From a virus, in IMG/VR virus record IMGVR_UViG_3300045135_000252, positions 9,627-73,626 of that record: DNA of 64,000 bases; one strand, given 5' to 3'. Below, in pieces: positions 63,469-64,000 of the stretch. The translations under genes were made by a program, and so were the position numbers. The notes below the pieces were generated by a model, which worked only from the letters and a program-made list of their open reading frames with translations, was not told the DNA's origin and did not search any database. Positions within the stretch are counted from its first letter, which is position 1. Each line of letters opens with the position of its first letter.

Positions 63469-64000
63469 ATGGCTAGTGAACTTTATGTAGAAACCCTGAA
63501 GGGTCTAACAAGTGGCGCAAATGCCAACAAGGTGATTATACCGTCTGGGCAGACGTTGGATATTACTGACTGGAGTCCTCCTGCGGGTACTGTCATCGGG
63601 CATCATCATCACACGTTTTCAACTCAACAACAAAGCACGTCTAATACGTTTGCTGATGTAGGCGATAGTTCATTTTCTTATACACCTAAATCAGACAATA
63701 GCTATCTGTACATTACAGTCAACGCACATATCAATGTGTTTGCAACAAGCGACACTTCAGCAGGCGGAGCGTTCAATGTACTAGTAGATGGAACAGCTAT
63801 TAATGAAGTCGGTGCTAACGCCTATGAAATTTTTTCTGGTAGACCAAGTAGCCAAGAAATAAACGAATACGCCCGGTATATCAAACAAGTCAGGTATACC
63901 AATACATCAACGTCTGCCAAAACAATTAAGTTGAATTATAGGAAGTATGGTGGAACACGGATTACGTTTAATTTGAATAGTAATTTCACTACCTCAATTA
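63469..64000 (+). CDS. Tail fibre distal module (3'-truncated, not in ORF track)
   Basis: MASELYVETLKGLTSG..., open to the window end. Confidence 0.65.
   Translation, partial: MASELYVETLKGLTSGANANKVIIPSGQTLDITDWSPPAGTVIGHHHHTFSTQQQSTSNTFADVGDSSFSYTPKSDNSYLYITVNAHINVFATSDTSAGGAFNVLVDGTAINEVGANAYEIFSGRPSSQEINEYARYIKQVRYTNTSTSAKTIKLNYRKYGGTRITFNLNSNFTTSI

Noticed and set aside
1-64000. Stop-codon reassignment, tRNA genes, integrase/attP
   Set aside because: Genes tile densely under the standard code with all three stop codons used. No cloverleaf or recombinase motifs were recognised by eye.

Overview
The window is almost an entire genome of a dsDNA tailed phage (Caudoviricetes, podovirus-like architecture, resembling uncultured aquatic proteobacterial phages), cut inside the tail-fibre region. 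The + strand carries the virion genes: TerS, TerL, portal, GroES, scaffold, Mu gpT-like major capsid, a cluster of small basic proteins and neck/tail genes (49.5-64 kb), continuing into tail fibres, lysis genes, nozzle and ejection proteins including a 2271-aa polyvalent protein (0-27.8 kb). The - strand (27.9-49.1 kb) carries early and replication genes: primase-helicase, SNF2 helicase, PolA, PD-(D/E)XK, HNH and VRR-NUC nucleases, an AAA/vWA module and many small ORFs. I saw no integrase, tRNA, CRISPR array or reverse transcriptase. The most interesting signals are non-coding. (1) A candidate ~90-nt sRNA at 27794-27886 (-) has its own promoter-like motif and terminator, and its single-stranded middle is complementary to the ribosome-binding regions of about ten early/replication genes, including a 17/20-nt match to one leader. 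(2) Eleven CTAAC-N4-GTTAG palindromes are confined to the early region, several fused into stop/start junctions. (3) A second palindrome, 27-bp repeats and an iteron/IHF origin-like region lie at 44.6-49.2 kb. (4) A double-pseudoknot RNA follows the capsid gene. At the protein level, a [MYF]xxGG motif is shared by ejection proteins and small basic proteins. All calls come from reading the sequence and recalled family motifs; no database searches were run.
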